Shown here: positions 51,869-64,000 of the stretch, one piece after another
Layout: every line of letters starts with the position of its first letter
How positions within the stretch are numbered: position 1 is the stretch's first letter
NCBI RefSeq assembly: GCF_032062105.1
Contig: NW_026927214.1
Span: forward strand, 1-64,000
Length of the DNA stretch: 64,000 bases
Source of the DNA: Saccostrea cucullata
Lineage: Eukaryota
Reading direction: 5' to 3'
Made by a program: the position numbers and the translations under genes
The notes under the pieces: generated by a model
Told to the model about the DNA's origin: nothing
What the model saw: the letters and a program-made list of their open reading frames with translations, nothing else
Databases searched by the model: none

Positions 51869-52868
51869 CAGTGCTTTAAGTAGTTTCGGATTTTAAGCAG
51901 TTCCGGATAATTTTCGTTTAAAAATAAAAATTAAACACACAAAATGGTTTCTGTTTTTTGTGAATTTTTGTATAAACGAAGTTGAATTTATTGTCTAAAA
52001 TCTAGACGATAAAGCAAGATCATAAAGTCCGTCTCTCTTTTCATGTTAACAGCTTAATGTTTACTACCAGAAGCGCTTTATTTACTTTGAGTAGAAAAAT
52101 AACATGCAGTTCCTGAAGTTGTAGGTGTTTTTTGAAACTTTTTAAGGGTACCTATTCAATTCGTGAAGTGTGGATAAGACACTGGTGTTTCTTCTTTCTC
52201 AAGAATTTTGGGTTTTCTAATACTACGAAGCATCTGCAAAATAATGAGCAATCTTCACAACATCCCAATTTAAGTAGTTCTGGATTTACTACGGACGATG
52301 TTTTCTCAAAGGACTTGTACACCATACAACATGTACAAGATTAAAAAAAAATTAAAAAGGACAAAAATATAATTTAATTCTTCATTGAAATATTTGTAAG
52401 TAATTAAATTGATTTAAAAAGGGCTGAGAAAGTGTATAGAAACATAAGTTCACTTCATGTTGAGATTAATTCATGTTTTCATTTTCAATAAATTTGCTTA
52501 AACATCATGTTTTCTCCTTTATATTTTTATTCATATAATGCATATATAAATTACATGTTAAGGTCTCATTGTAGGTAATTCTCTACAAATTGATCATTTA
52601 TAATGAATTTTGATACGATTTCAATTTAATAATCCCGATAAATGGCTATAACCGGAACTACTTGAAATTTTCGAAACTGCTTGAATTCCCTTATATCTAA
52701 CGTACGAGAGTTTTATAATATAGTGTAACATTTTTAACAAAATGCCATTAGGGGTTGAAAAGGTAGGAAAAGGACTATTTGATTCAGTTTAGAAATCAAC
52801 TTTAAGTCCTACGCAAACAATGCAGCGAGCGTTTTCCTAGTTGCAATCCGGAACTACTTAAAACACTG
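51869..52868. mobile_element. 1.0-kb non-autonomous Tc1/mariner-type element
   Basis: TIR CAGTG.TTTAAGTAGTT.CGGATT with TA on both sides. Confidence 0.8.
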
Positions 52869-52979
52869 TATGTTCCTTTTGCAATTTAATTTATTAATTT
52901 GCAGCATATGTTAATTTATTAACATGCTAAATGATTTGAATATTTCCTGCATCAAATGTAGCAAACGTACTTGATGCTG

Positions 52980-53766
52980 GCTTTTATATGCTCTGTAATT
53001 GAAGATTTCTGCCTTGTCTGTATGTTTGTTTGCAAAAACTTTCACCTTGGCCATAACTTATGAGTGGGTGGAGCTATGGCTTTCGTATTTCACGGGTGTA
53101 TTCCTTGTGACAAGAACTTTCACTGGGTACCACCAATTTGACCTATTGACCTTTGACCCACTTTTACAAAAAAAATTCTGAAATTTTATAGTGGCCATAA
53201 CTTTTGAATAAGCGATGCTAAGGCCTTCGTACTTCACATGTGTATTAACTGTGACAAGACCTTTCAGTGGGTATAAAATATTTGACCTTTTGACAGAGTT
53301 TCACCTTGTTTTCTAAAACTTCATATAACCAATTTTTTTTATGCTACCATAATCAAAGATTCAGGGATATATAGTTTTTGCCCTGTCCATCCATCTGTCT
53401 GCCAAAGCATTAACCTTGCTCATAAATTTTGAGTGGTTGCATGGGGCTATGGCTTTTATATTTCACAAGTATATTCCTTGTGACATGACCTTTCTCTCAG
53501 TACCACCAAATGTGACCTCTTGAACTTGAAGTTTGACCCAAATTTACAAAAAAAATCACTTTAACCTTGGCCATAACTTTTGAACTGTTGTTGCTAGGGC
53601 TTTCAGATATCACATTTGTATTCATTGTGACAAGATCTTTCAGTGGATTTAAATATTTTTGACTTTTTGGCCTTGACCTTAGAGTTTGACTTGCATTTGA
53701 GAAAAAGCAACATTTTCCATGTAAGGTGCCATAGCGGCCATCAGCATTTCACAAACACATCTTGTC
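52980..53766 (+). mobile_element. Two HINE-type copies
   Basis: Same core motifs as 42170-45552; end CATTTCACAAACACATCTTGT. Confidence 0.7.
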
Positions 53767-53887
53767 TTCCTTGATAAAGCCTTCAATGTCTCTATATAAT
53801 AAAAACATTTTTTGGAGAAATTTATATTTTTATAAGTAACCAAGGCAACATCTTCAACAAAATCAAAAATAGTTAAAAAGAATTTAG

Positions 53888-54270
53888 TGCTGGGGATCGA
53901 ACGTGGGACCTCTGGCTTGCCAGTCCAGTGCTCTACCAATTGAGCTAAAGGGTTAATCCACTAGCCCAAGCAAGTAGGATGCCATGTATCTTACACTACT
54001 ACATTGCCCCCTCCAGAGAATGAGATGTCATCATCTCTTTTGGAGTGCCGACACCTGTGGGGCAAAGTTCTAGGGGCAATTACTCTCACCCTCCAGAGAA
54101 CACCCGGGTCCCTACATGGGCACCAAATGTAACAGAGACATTTTTGTGCCTCTGCTGGGGATCGAACCTGGGACCTAGCTGGCTTGCCAGTCCAGTGCTC
54201 TACCAATTGAGCTAAAGGGTTAACCCACTAGCCCAGGCTAGTAGGATGCCATGTATCTTACACTACTACA
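53888..54270 (-). mobile_element. TRIM (miniature LTR retrotransposon) with tRNA-like LTRs, Helenus-like: 5' LTR 54270-54128, internal 54127-54004, truncated 3' LTR 54003-53888
   Basis: TGTAG...TTACA LTR, PBS-like TGGTGCCCATGTAGGGAC, PPT GGAGGGGGCAA, A/B boxes in both LTRs. Confidence 0.9.
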
Positions 54271-54863
54271 GTACTTGGTGTAGTCTAATTGTGTGCCAGT
54301 TCTACTGAAATCAGACCAAAATTGTACGAGTAGCATTTTTAAAAAAAGATAGTTTACAGCTGGACAGACACAGATAGAAGGATTGACAATGGAGACTTTA
54401 TTGCTGCATACTAGTAAGCAGAGCTATATAGAGAAGAGAAACTAAAAACTTAATGATGTACTGCTTTTAAAATCCTTAGGCTCATAGAAAAGAAATCATA
54501 ATATGGAATGTTTTATTACATGTATTTTTACTTTACTTCTCAATACATGATATGCACCATAACAGACTTCATTATGATTATAATCAATGACATGAAAAAA
54601 ATGTAGCAATTAAAAAAATAAGATTCTGACACTAGCAAAATTGGTCTTGTGTTAAGAATTATAGTGTTTCAGTTTTACAAATATTTTATGTAATTAAATA
54701 ACTCCTGAAACAGGTATAAATACAATGTACCAGTATATACAGGTACTATCCACATTTATTGCACTTTCCCATCTTGCAGCATGAATTAGATAAAATATAC
54801 ATAACAACAAAAAAATTCAAAATATTTGGACCATTTCTCACTTTACTGATCAGTACGACAATT

Positions 54864-55427
54864 TTAAAAAGACCTCAGGAAAAGATAATTTCCCAAAATC
54901 AAAGCATAATGCAGCCAGTCAACATTGGGAAATCCCAGCAAGGATCCATCGGAACCAAAAATAAGTCCTGCAGCAACGTAGGTCACCCCTGCTCCAAGTC
55001 CAAAGTAGTTCTTGTTTACAAAGCTTAGCGTTAAGATCACCAGCATTGAGAATCCACTAGCTGCCTGTGTCGCCACTTCTTTGGTTTTTGGTGGGAGAAA
55101 TGCAGCCACAACAACCACCGCTAAAAGGAAAATAGCTATTTTGTTTGCTAGCAGTGCTGATCCGTACCTAGCACAGAATTCCATGGCGATCAGTGGTACG
55201 CCAGCTCCTGCAGCTAACCATGACAGAAATTTGTGACACTTAAAAATAATTCCTCCCTCGGGATACGTCATCGCAAAACGGAAGATTCCAAAGAAGGCGG
55301 CTGTGGCCTGAATGGAGAGTCCGGCAGATGCCTTGATTTTGTCCACTTTGTACCACTCCCATGCAACAAAGGACGCCACCAAACACAAAAGGAGGTCAGA
55401 AAAAGAGGTGCTCAGCTGCCGCGCCAT
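54864..55427 (-). CDS. TMEM276: Transmembrane protein 276 homologue, single coding exon, 187 aa
   Basis: Intact multi-TM ORF. STSFSDLLL, ASAGLSIQ, WLAAGAGVPLIA, VATQA, NYFG and DWLHYAL are collinear with human TMEM276 motifs as recalled. Confidence 0.8.
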   Translation of the reverse strand: MARQLSTSFSDLLLCLVASFVAWEWYKVDKIKASAGLSIQATAAFFGIFRFAMTYPEGGIIFKCHKFLSWLAAGAGVPLIAMEFCARYGSALLANKIAIFLLAVVVVAAFLPPKTKEVATQAASGFSMLVILTLSFVNKNYFGLGAGVTYVAAGLIFGSDGSLLGFPNVDWLHYALILGNYLFLRSF

Positions 55428-55721
55428 CTCCTTAAAATGATGGATAAAAAAAGTTGTGTAGAAAGTTTTATTAAATGTTAATTAAATGATGGATTAAAAA
55501 TAATGTATAAATTTAAGTATTATTATAAATCAGTCAAATGATAGGTTAAAAATACTGTAGAAAGTTTTGTCATATGTTAATCAAATGGTAGTTATGGAAA
55601 GCTAAGGCTGTTACCTAGCAAAATATATTATCACTACCTTCTTTTGTAATATCCACTAGGTATCTCAAGTTAATTTTATTTTAAAGGTGCATAGACACAG
55701 ATCAGAACTAAGTTTATACAG

Positions 55722-56521
55722 CAGGGTTTAAACTTAACTGAAATTTCCACGAGCCATGTGGGCTCCTGACATTTCAAATTTAGGAGCCCACTGCTAAATT
55801 TGTTAGCCCACAGTCTCCGTGATTTTTAAAAAAAAGCATAGATACTGGGACAAAAAGTAGATACAAAAAAGAAATACATGTACTAATATAAATTCATCTG
55901 TTTAAAATTGGAGTTCTTACTTTATAAAAAGCAGATGTCATATAAATATTTAATCAAAGGAAATAAAATTGTATTCAGTAAACATTTTTACTATCTTTTT
56001 TTTTTACTATGTATATAAATACATAACCCTGGTACATGTCTTCAACTGATAAATTGACAATGACACAATAAGATTTTCTAGGTTAAATATTTCAACTACA
56101 ACATATCTGAAATAGGTGAAAACACTTACTATTCATATGACTGAGTAGTTGGGAGTTATTAAAATTGTACATCTCTCACGTATCAACCATTTACAGAGGG
56201 TTAGAGGAAATTCGGATTAGGAAAAAAAGAGGAACGTTTTACTTTTAGGGAATTTCACAAATCGTGTAGTACTTTAAATGGAAAAGATGAAGGATATTTA
56301 CGAACAATAGGACCATACTGCTGTGATTTATTTCATTTTTCTGTAGTTTTAAATCAAAAACCTGCATAAAATGTCTGTTTTTCAGTAAGGGGACTGGGAA
56401 TGAATTCGGCCCCCTGCAGAATTTTTATTCGCCACGTGGGCGAACAACTTACAAATTTTATGAGCCCACACCAATTTTTACTCGCAATTTGCGAGTGGGC
56501 GAGCGTTAAGTTTAAACCCTG
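55722..56521. mobile_element. 800-bp TIR element with 5-bp TSD (hAT5-like)
   Basis: TIR CAGGGTTTAAACTTAAC; TACAG on both flanks. Confidence 0.75.
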
Positions 56522-59164
56522 TACAGGGACCTTTATACTAAGTTAGTATATAGGTCCCTGGTAAATATACATGTATTCTCAAATTTTCAAAATTTAAAGA
56601 TTCCATAACTTTTAGATGAAATAAGATTTTTAATATTATTTCATGTGAAATGCTATTACAATATATGTTGTGATATTATACAGAAAATATTTAACTTCAG
56701 ATCTGTGTATAGGTATCTTTAATATCATCATGCTGTACTTGGAGTGAAACATCGCAGTCTTCACCAAATCCAGGGAATCCGAAGCCCAGGACCTGGTAAA
56801 ATTGGAATTTGGAAGTGGGCATGTGGAAACTGTACACTTACAAGCCCGAAGGGCATGTAAATTCTGAGACATAAGCCTCCGTATTATCAAATTAAATAAG
56901 ACCAATAACATAAAATGTACATAAAAGTCTTCGATTTTTCATCTAAACAGCTTCAAGCACAAAAGAAAATTTTAGAGACAGTTCATTCTAGGAGTGAAAG
57001 GTTGAAAACAATATTAAGGGCGAGACAATAGATTGATAAAAATGGATTTTATATTATTTCCTTGGCTTGAAAGGGTAAAAAAGAATAAAATTACTTGATA
57101 AAATTCTGGGCATGAAAATATTTGTTCAGGCTAGTGTAATTAGATGCCCCAAGGGCATATACCGAGAAAAAGATTTGGTGAAGACTACATCACGGGGTAA
57201 ACCATCTCAGTGCAAAACAGAATTGGAGTGAAACATCGCAGTGGGAACCATGCAACAGGGCGAAACATCCCGTTACAAGAAAAAGCAAATCCTGATATAC
57301 GGATCAAGCTAATCAAGCTAACATGGTACACGAAACTAACTGCAATTTCCTTGAAACAGGGATGTCTCTTTTGTAGTTTAGAGAAGTAGTTAAGCAGCAA
57401 TCTTCAGTTTAAGAGTAGGTATCTAACGAGTTTAATGTGAGAAAAAAATGTATATTGAATCCAAATGGCCAAATGTGTACAGTATTCCGAATTTTCTCTC
57501 CACAAATTGTTGAAGGAGGTCAGCAAGAAAGCAGCGCCTTGAATTGCTCACTGCGCCCACTATAAATGCAAAAAATCATATTAAAAAGTATAATTACCTG
57601 AATATGTGTTGAATACACAGCACTGACACAGTTCGATGACTTTTAATCAGAGAACCAAGATAAGGATGATAATAACGGGTAAACAAGTATTAGCTTTCCT
57701 AAAAAGCTCGTCTGACGTGGTTTGCTTAAATTCACAAAGCAGAAAGAAATCAATAATTATATATATTTTACATATTTTTTTTTTGATCTGTAATCTATCT
57801 ATAAAAGACCATGTGCAATCAGTATTGCCATGACAGCTCAATTTCTTTTAAATCATGGTGAAGATGAATTTACTGAACACAATTTATTTGCAATAACATC
57901 TTTCTTTTCTCATTAATACTACGCTTTATTTTATAACATTTTTCTATGGAAAAGGGGTATAGCATTAAGAAAAAAAATTACCAAATGAAATATTATTTCC
58001 AACAATGAAGTTCAGACTACATAACGTCAATTGAAATTATTTTGTAATCTATGAATATATTTTTCAATTACTCAAGTTCAGTTTAATTTTAAACTATTTT
58101 ATGAAATGCCATGATATAACTATAACATTAAATTTAAGCTCTTGCATAGTTTAAGTAATGTTTTGTATGTTAAATGACCTTACTGATCTCTTTATTATAT
58201 TCAACAAACAAAATAAAATGTTTGTAAATGATATCAATGGAAAGATCTTTGTTTGATCACTTAATGGCCGGCGCGTATAAACAGCGATAACATTCTAAGC
58301 AGGGCTTTACACATGATGACCATTCCCCTGCTGTTAATTGATGGGTGTATTTCTGAAGTCTGTAGGAAAAGAAACAAGAAGACGCAAACTAAGTTACGTG
58401 TAATCGTCTAAAATATAATCGCTGGATTGGAGTTTTTTTTACTATAGTGGGAGCAGGGCAACTAAGAGAATATATTTGACCACGTGCTCAGTTAAGTAAA
58501 TATAAGATTAAAAGCGCATTTCCTCCTTGGCCGAACGGCATGCGTCTTCGGAGATTATGCACGTATCGAAATTTCCCCCATCGAACTATCTAAACAATTA
58601 ATGGAACGACTGCATAAATAAGCCCTGGTTAAATCTAGTACTGTCTGACGCCAAGACGTCAGACAACAAACTTGCTCCCAACTCTACTTCCGACGACGAC
58701 GGTAAATGTTAATTCGTACACTGGCAAAATTTTCTCAGAAGACCAAAGAGAAACAAAAAAAAAGATTTTTACTAAATTTTAATAAATAATTTTATAAATT
58801 GCACATTTATCGACCAAACAACAAAACAAGAGAAGTGGGGCGGGGGAGGAGGGGTGTTAGAACAAAGAATTATTTTCTCCGAATGTTTTCCCTTCTTAGA
58901 TTTTTCCTGAAAGTGCAAGCAACCGGTATATAGCGTCAGGTTTTTGACCCAATAAAGCAAAAATGTTCTTGTTCATAATTCTAATACTAATTTTGTATGT
59001 ATTTCCCTGAAAAAAGAAGTTTAACAGAAAGAAAAACCCAATGTTCAATATCGCTAATTCATATTTATAAATATATTGCTCAATCAGTTGAACATTTAAA
59101 AAATACATTTAGTGTGATGTTATAGAACATACACATTACAAATTCAAAATACATGCATGTATTT

Positions 59165-60070
59165 TTTCTTAAACCATGAAGGTTTTTCAACAATCTGTTG
59201 GAATTACCATGGGAACCAATTGGGCCCCATTTTGAGCAGACCTATTTTTGTAGTTATAGTGATCGTATGAAACAGAAAGAGTTATTCTTTATCATGCATG
59301 CATACATGAGAAGTCAAAACACTTACTGTGAACTTCAATAGCTGCCTTCTTCCATTCAAATGTCGACTCGATGTTTCCAAGAGAGCTTGAATTAAAAGTT
59401 TTATGTTTGGATATTTTACTAGGAATATACGTAACAATCTGATAACCTAACAACAAATCTATATATGATGAAACATATATGATAAAACATGTGGAAATAA
59501 CGAACAGTGTTCAAGTTCAAAGTCCATCAAACAATACAAAATGGATATGAGCAGAGCAAACACGGACCCAAAACATCAGAGGTAGGATAAGGTGCCATGG
59601 AGGAGTGAATATCCCCTGCCGGCCGCCGGTCACATCCGCCGTCATAATCGGGAAATAACGTAAAAATCAATCGTCTAAATAATAGACTAATAATAAGTGT
59701 GAAAAACGTTAGTCAGCATTTGACTCAATGATAAAATTGTATAGGCTGACAGCCCGACAATGTCATTGTATCGACCATAGAACCTACGAAATGATGACTT
59801 TAAACCAGTCTGCTGATATTCTTGTTTCTTCAACTTATTTGTCAATAATTTAACTCGTTTTAGAACATGTTCATACGTAGAGTATGCGTATCGAATCAAC
59901 TGAGATATATAAACTCTGTTGTATGTAGGTGTCACCGTGATGAAGGTATGTTGTTGCATTTAAGGAAGGGAAGTTGTCGGTAGAAAAAATTATATTCATC
60001 ACTTTTATTATAGAGCTCGGTTGTTAGATTACCATTAACGTCTTTTTCAAGTAAAATATCCAAATATGAA
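59165..60070. mobile_element. Decayed Penelope-like (Naiad-type) RT, two pieces in opposite orientation
   Basis: + strand: VFQQSVGITMGTNWAP..ADLFL (RT motif B). - strand: VYISQLIRYA...LTNKL...LKSSFRRFYGRYND...VFHT plus the 3' motif. Confidence 0.8.
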
Positions 60071-61245
60071 ACAAATTTGTGATAAAGTGAACGTGAAGGT
60101 CTTGAAAAAAAAAAATCCTAAAATTTTGTTTTGCGAAAAAATCATATCACCTGCTTGTGGGCTCTATGTCTCTCATTTGATATGTTTGCATTCATAACGT
60201 GTTCCAAAACAACATTAGCCGATCTAAGGGGGAGGGGGGTCAGTGAGTTATTAAAATAATGTATATACCCCCGGTATATACTAAACCAAGTACAAGTGAC
60301 CTTGGACCCTCCCCCGAAAACGGTGACCCCTCCTCAAAAACACGGATCTATGTGATATTGGTATGAGAAGTTATTAGTATGAAACTCTGAAAGTCATCCA
60401 CTATCTAGTTATTCTAGTAACTGTCTTTTCAAAGAAACATGTAGTTATTTTCTCGGTATACGACTTCTCTATTGTACGAGTTATCTTGATACCTCTCCGG
60501 AAAAACTCGGAAATATCCGAGATGTTGCGATTGACACTGAGCAGCAGATGATGCGAAAACTGACAAACGCGTAGAGTTGAATGCGAACACCGAGAAAAAA
60601 TCTCACAATGTGATATTCATATGGATTTTCTTGGCATAATAGGTAATATGTGTACAATTTTGTTGAGTGCGTTTGTTTCATGTTCGCAGCCTTGAGAAAA
60701 ATTGAGTCACATGAGGGATGATCGTTGTAATTATTCACACAAATCACTAAAACAGGTTGCTGTCTTAACAGAAAAGGCGTACATATTTATTTATTGGTCA
60801 TTAATGACAAGATTTTTATATTTTACTATGAACTGAACTTCGACAGGATTGTTTGTTATTCTCAAATGTCAATGACAGTGTTAAATCGTCACGTATTTAT
60901 AAATTTAAAGTGCAGTGCCCATTTCTGAAATCTGAATGTTCAGAAAGATGGATGTACAGTTATTTTATAAGTGTATTAAAACAATATTTATTTACACTTA
61001 TTCCTTGACCTAAGTCCAAGGTACATGTACCAAATAGTGGGGAAATGATTGAATATGCAGATACATACACATTCTTACTGGCACTGTTAATTTGTGATTT
61101 TTGATTTGGAAATGGGCACTATCATTCTATTGATATTGCTCATAGTTTTTCTCAATATTTGAGGATCAGTTTAATTTCCACAGTGAGTCATTTGTGTTCC
61201 GTGATATGACAGTAAGTGTATTTTTGACTCTGTTTCCTACAGATA

Positions 61246-62685
61246 ATGTCTTCAAAAGTGACACGATATCTGGGCTACCTCCTGTTTAGACTTCTACTGC
61301 CATTGGTTCTACTAGCAGGTAATTCACAACAACTATTTATGGAATCCGGATAAGGCCACGCAGTTCACTATCGCATCATCGCACCATCGAGGTTTAGGTC
61401 GATAGTGCGATGAAGAGGTAATGCGATGACGATGAGGCGATGGTGCGATAGCGATGAAGTGATGCAGGGATTTATCAGCCTATTTTGGGAAATGCCATTT
61501 TTTGGAAATTGGGAAAAAGTTATCGGTTTTTTGATGAAATTGGGAAAATAAATTGGGAGAAATAAGTATGTTGCTTTAAAATTATGAATAATAGACTAAT
61601 GAAAGTAAATTTGAATTCAATTAGTATTAATCATTTTACAATGTAGGGTATTATACTTGTGAATGAGATTCCAATTTAGGTCATGGGAGCTATATAAACC
61701 TGCAAAAAATTATACTGCATACACATTTTCTAAAATGTGCATTAAAAAATATTTTTCTATCTGAAATAATGCCTACAGTTCTTACCATTCACTCGTAGAT
61801 CAATTGAGTAAGTGAACATGAGTTAATAAACCTATAGAATTACTCAATATCACTACTTCAGAAAAAAACTGAGGAAATTCGGATTAAAAGTTGGCGATGT
61901 TTTTAAACGTGTGTTATGACTGTAGCTTTGCTAAATGAGTTAAATTGAGTAAAATACAGACAATCTGGCAAATTTACTTTGTGTTTTTTCCAAGGTAATC
62001 TAATAAAAAAGCATTGTTCTGCAATTGGGAAAAATTACTGCCAAATTGGGAAAAATTGAACTCATTTTCAATTGGGAATGGGGCCGAATTTCGGCCCCTG
62101 AGAAAGTACTGATAAATCCCTGTGATGGTGCTATAACGCGATGACGATGATGCTATGGCGCGACAATGCGATGACGATGGTGCGATGACGCGATGGTACG
62201 ATGATGCGATGGTGCGATAGTGATGACACGATGATGCGATGACGATGGTGCGATAGTACAATGACGATGAAGCGATATTCACTATCGCTCAATCGTGCTA
62301 TCGCACCATCGCCATCGCATTATCGCTCCATAGCATCATCGTCATCGCGCTATCGCTTCATTTATCGCACCACCGTTTCATCGTTATCGCGCCATCGCAT
62401 TATCGCGCCATCGACCTTTAAGTTGATGCTCGATGGTGCGCTAGTGAAGTGCGTGGCCCTATCCAGATTCCTTAACTATTGCATAAAATTCATTGTTATA
62501 GATGCCAGAATCAACACAACTAACTGGTCAGTTATGTTGTACAATATATTATCAGATGCGTCTCCTATAATTTTACTTTTTGATTCCAGGATGCGCTCTG
62601 AGATACAACATCATTTCATTCCTGTATTTACTATTCTTACTGGGCCTTCCATTAATTCCAACTCCAAGTTCCAAAACAGTAAAAG
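61246..62685 (+). CDS. Candidate 5' exons of a secreted/membrane protein gene running out of the window (61246-61318; possibly 62502-62526 and 62590-62685)
   Basis: TTTCCTACAG acceptor, MSSKVTRYLGYLLFRLLLPLVLLA, phase-1 donor G|GTAATT; downstream AG/GT-bounded segments stay open. Confidence 0.4.
61342..62471. mobile_element. (CGATG)n/(CATCG)n foldback element hosting a second insertion
   Basis: TIR GGAATC.GGATA.GGCCACGCA.TTCACTA; microsatellite-like arms switch strand near 62280. Confidence 0.8.
61465..62122. mobile_element. 658-bp TIR element with 5-bp TSD (hAT5-like)
   Basis: TIR CAGGGATTTATCAG; TGATG on both flanks. Confidence 0.8.
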
Positions 62686-64000
62686 GTGAGCTATTCAGAC
62701 ACGTCCCATCTATCCTCTATCTACTTTGTCCATTTTTCCCAATGTGATAAATTCTGTCAGTGATATGAAAAAAACATGTGCATCATCTTTCCTCTCTAAT
62801 CCAAAGATATATCTTGAATCAAAGAGATTAAAGTCATGGTCAGGAGAAACGACCTTGAATATTTTACAAATTAGGACATGTAGGAGAAAGAAATACAATA
62901 CTAGTAATTTGCTATGTCGTATTTTGAAAATGCTTGTTCATCTATCGAACTTTAAAAACTGTGCAGTAATGGTACATGTATACCGATATCTTAATCATGC
63001 ATTATGATTAAATCTAATAGTTAAAATATGGTTTATCAGATTCAGTACATTTTCAGGAAGTATTTACACTATACAATTTTCCCCTAAATTCCTAATAAAA
63101 TACTTGTATTTCCTGTGTTGTTGACATCACTTCCATCAAACTACTAGATAAATAGATAAAGAGATTATAACATTTTGACTCAAGTTGATTAAGAATATAT
63201 AAGCATCAAAAGAATATATGAGTTCTTTGCACTTCATAAGCCACAAAATTAGTCATACAAATCTTTATTATGCAATATTTTATTGGGTTCATTTTTAGCA
63301 CAGAAAATTACCTGACATATAGTATTTGATACTTCCATGAATAGGGTTTCTAATTTGATTCCTAATATCCTGAAACAAAACTTTGACCTATATGATATAC
63401 ACATGCATCATCAAAGTTCAGGATTTTTCCTGAATTTCCTTGATGTATAACAATATGACCTTAATAATGTCCTTGATATATAACAATATGACCAATCTAG
63501 ACATAGTAGTGGTGTCATTCAAACCCTTAAGACTATGATAATAGTCGCTGCCACTACAACAGTTATATCATCATCTTTAGGTCAAGAACTAGTAAATGAA
63601 AGGTGCCTACAGATTTATCAAATTGAGAAATAAATTCCTTTATTGATGCTTTACAACTTTAGCTTGGTCAGATAATGTGTTTCGGGGCATAATTTGTAGG
63701 TAAACAAGATGAAAAACTGTATTTTAAAATGTCATTTTCAATGAAAAAAGTAAGAAAATCAGTCATGAGTATGGGAGTTTTTTTCATATTCGACAAAGGA
63801 AATGTATCCAGATTGCCTACAGTCTCTCAGAAAACGGTAATTAGTATGTTCATAGCCTCTTCTTTAAATCAATATCAAATTTAATATAGGTATCTGGTTT
63901 ACATTTCATATGATTTCAAATTGAATGTCATGAAAATACCCTATTTTCTACATAATTCTGCTAAAGCTGTAAAGTACAGGAAAAAGAAAGTTGAAATTGA

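Noticed and set aside
61974-62500. Ser/Arg/His-rich ORFs
   Set aside because: Translations of the (CATCG)n foldback repeat.

Overview
AT-rich, intron-containing animal genomic DNA, most likely an oyster (Ostreidae), judged from Helentron/HINE-type elements carrying ~167-bp Cg170-like satellite units and abundant Naiad-type Penelope-like remnants. Five genes can be spliced together by hand: a secreted beta-lactamase-fold protein with five C-terminal BTRD1/polyglycine-hydrolase-like repeats (-), RBIS/C8orf59 (+, three short exons missed by the ORF track), a GT11 alpha-1,2-fucosyltransferase (-), ZFTRAF1/CYHR1 (-, 4 exons) and TMEM276 (-). There is also a probable prohormone-like gene and the start of another secreted-protein gene. 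The rest is dense with mobile DNA. Highlights: (1) a miniature LTR retrotransposon whose LTRs contain a tRNA-like Pol III promoter, plus a solo LTR of a second such family; (2) the bacterial/fungal-type beta-lactamase + repeat protein with an altered catalytic motif; (3) the TMEM276->ZFTRAF1 tandem arrangement also seen in human. All homology calls come from motif recognition and memory, not database searches.
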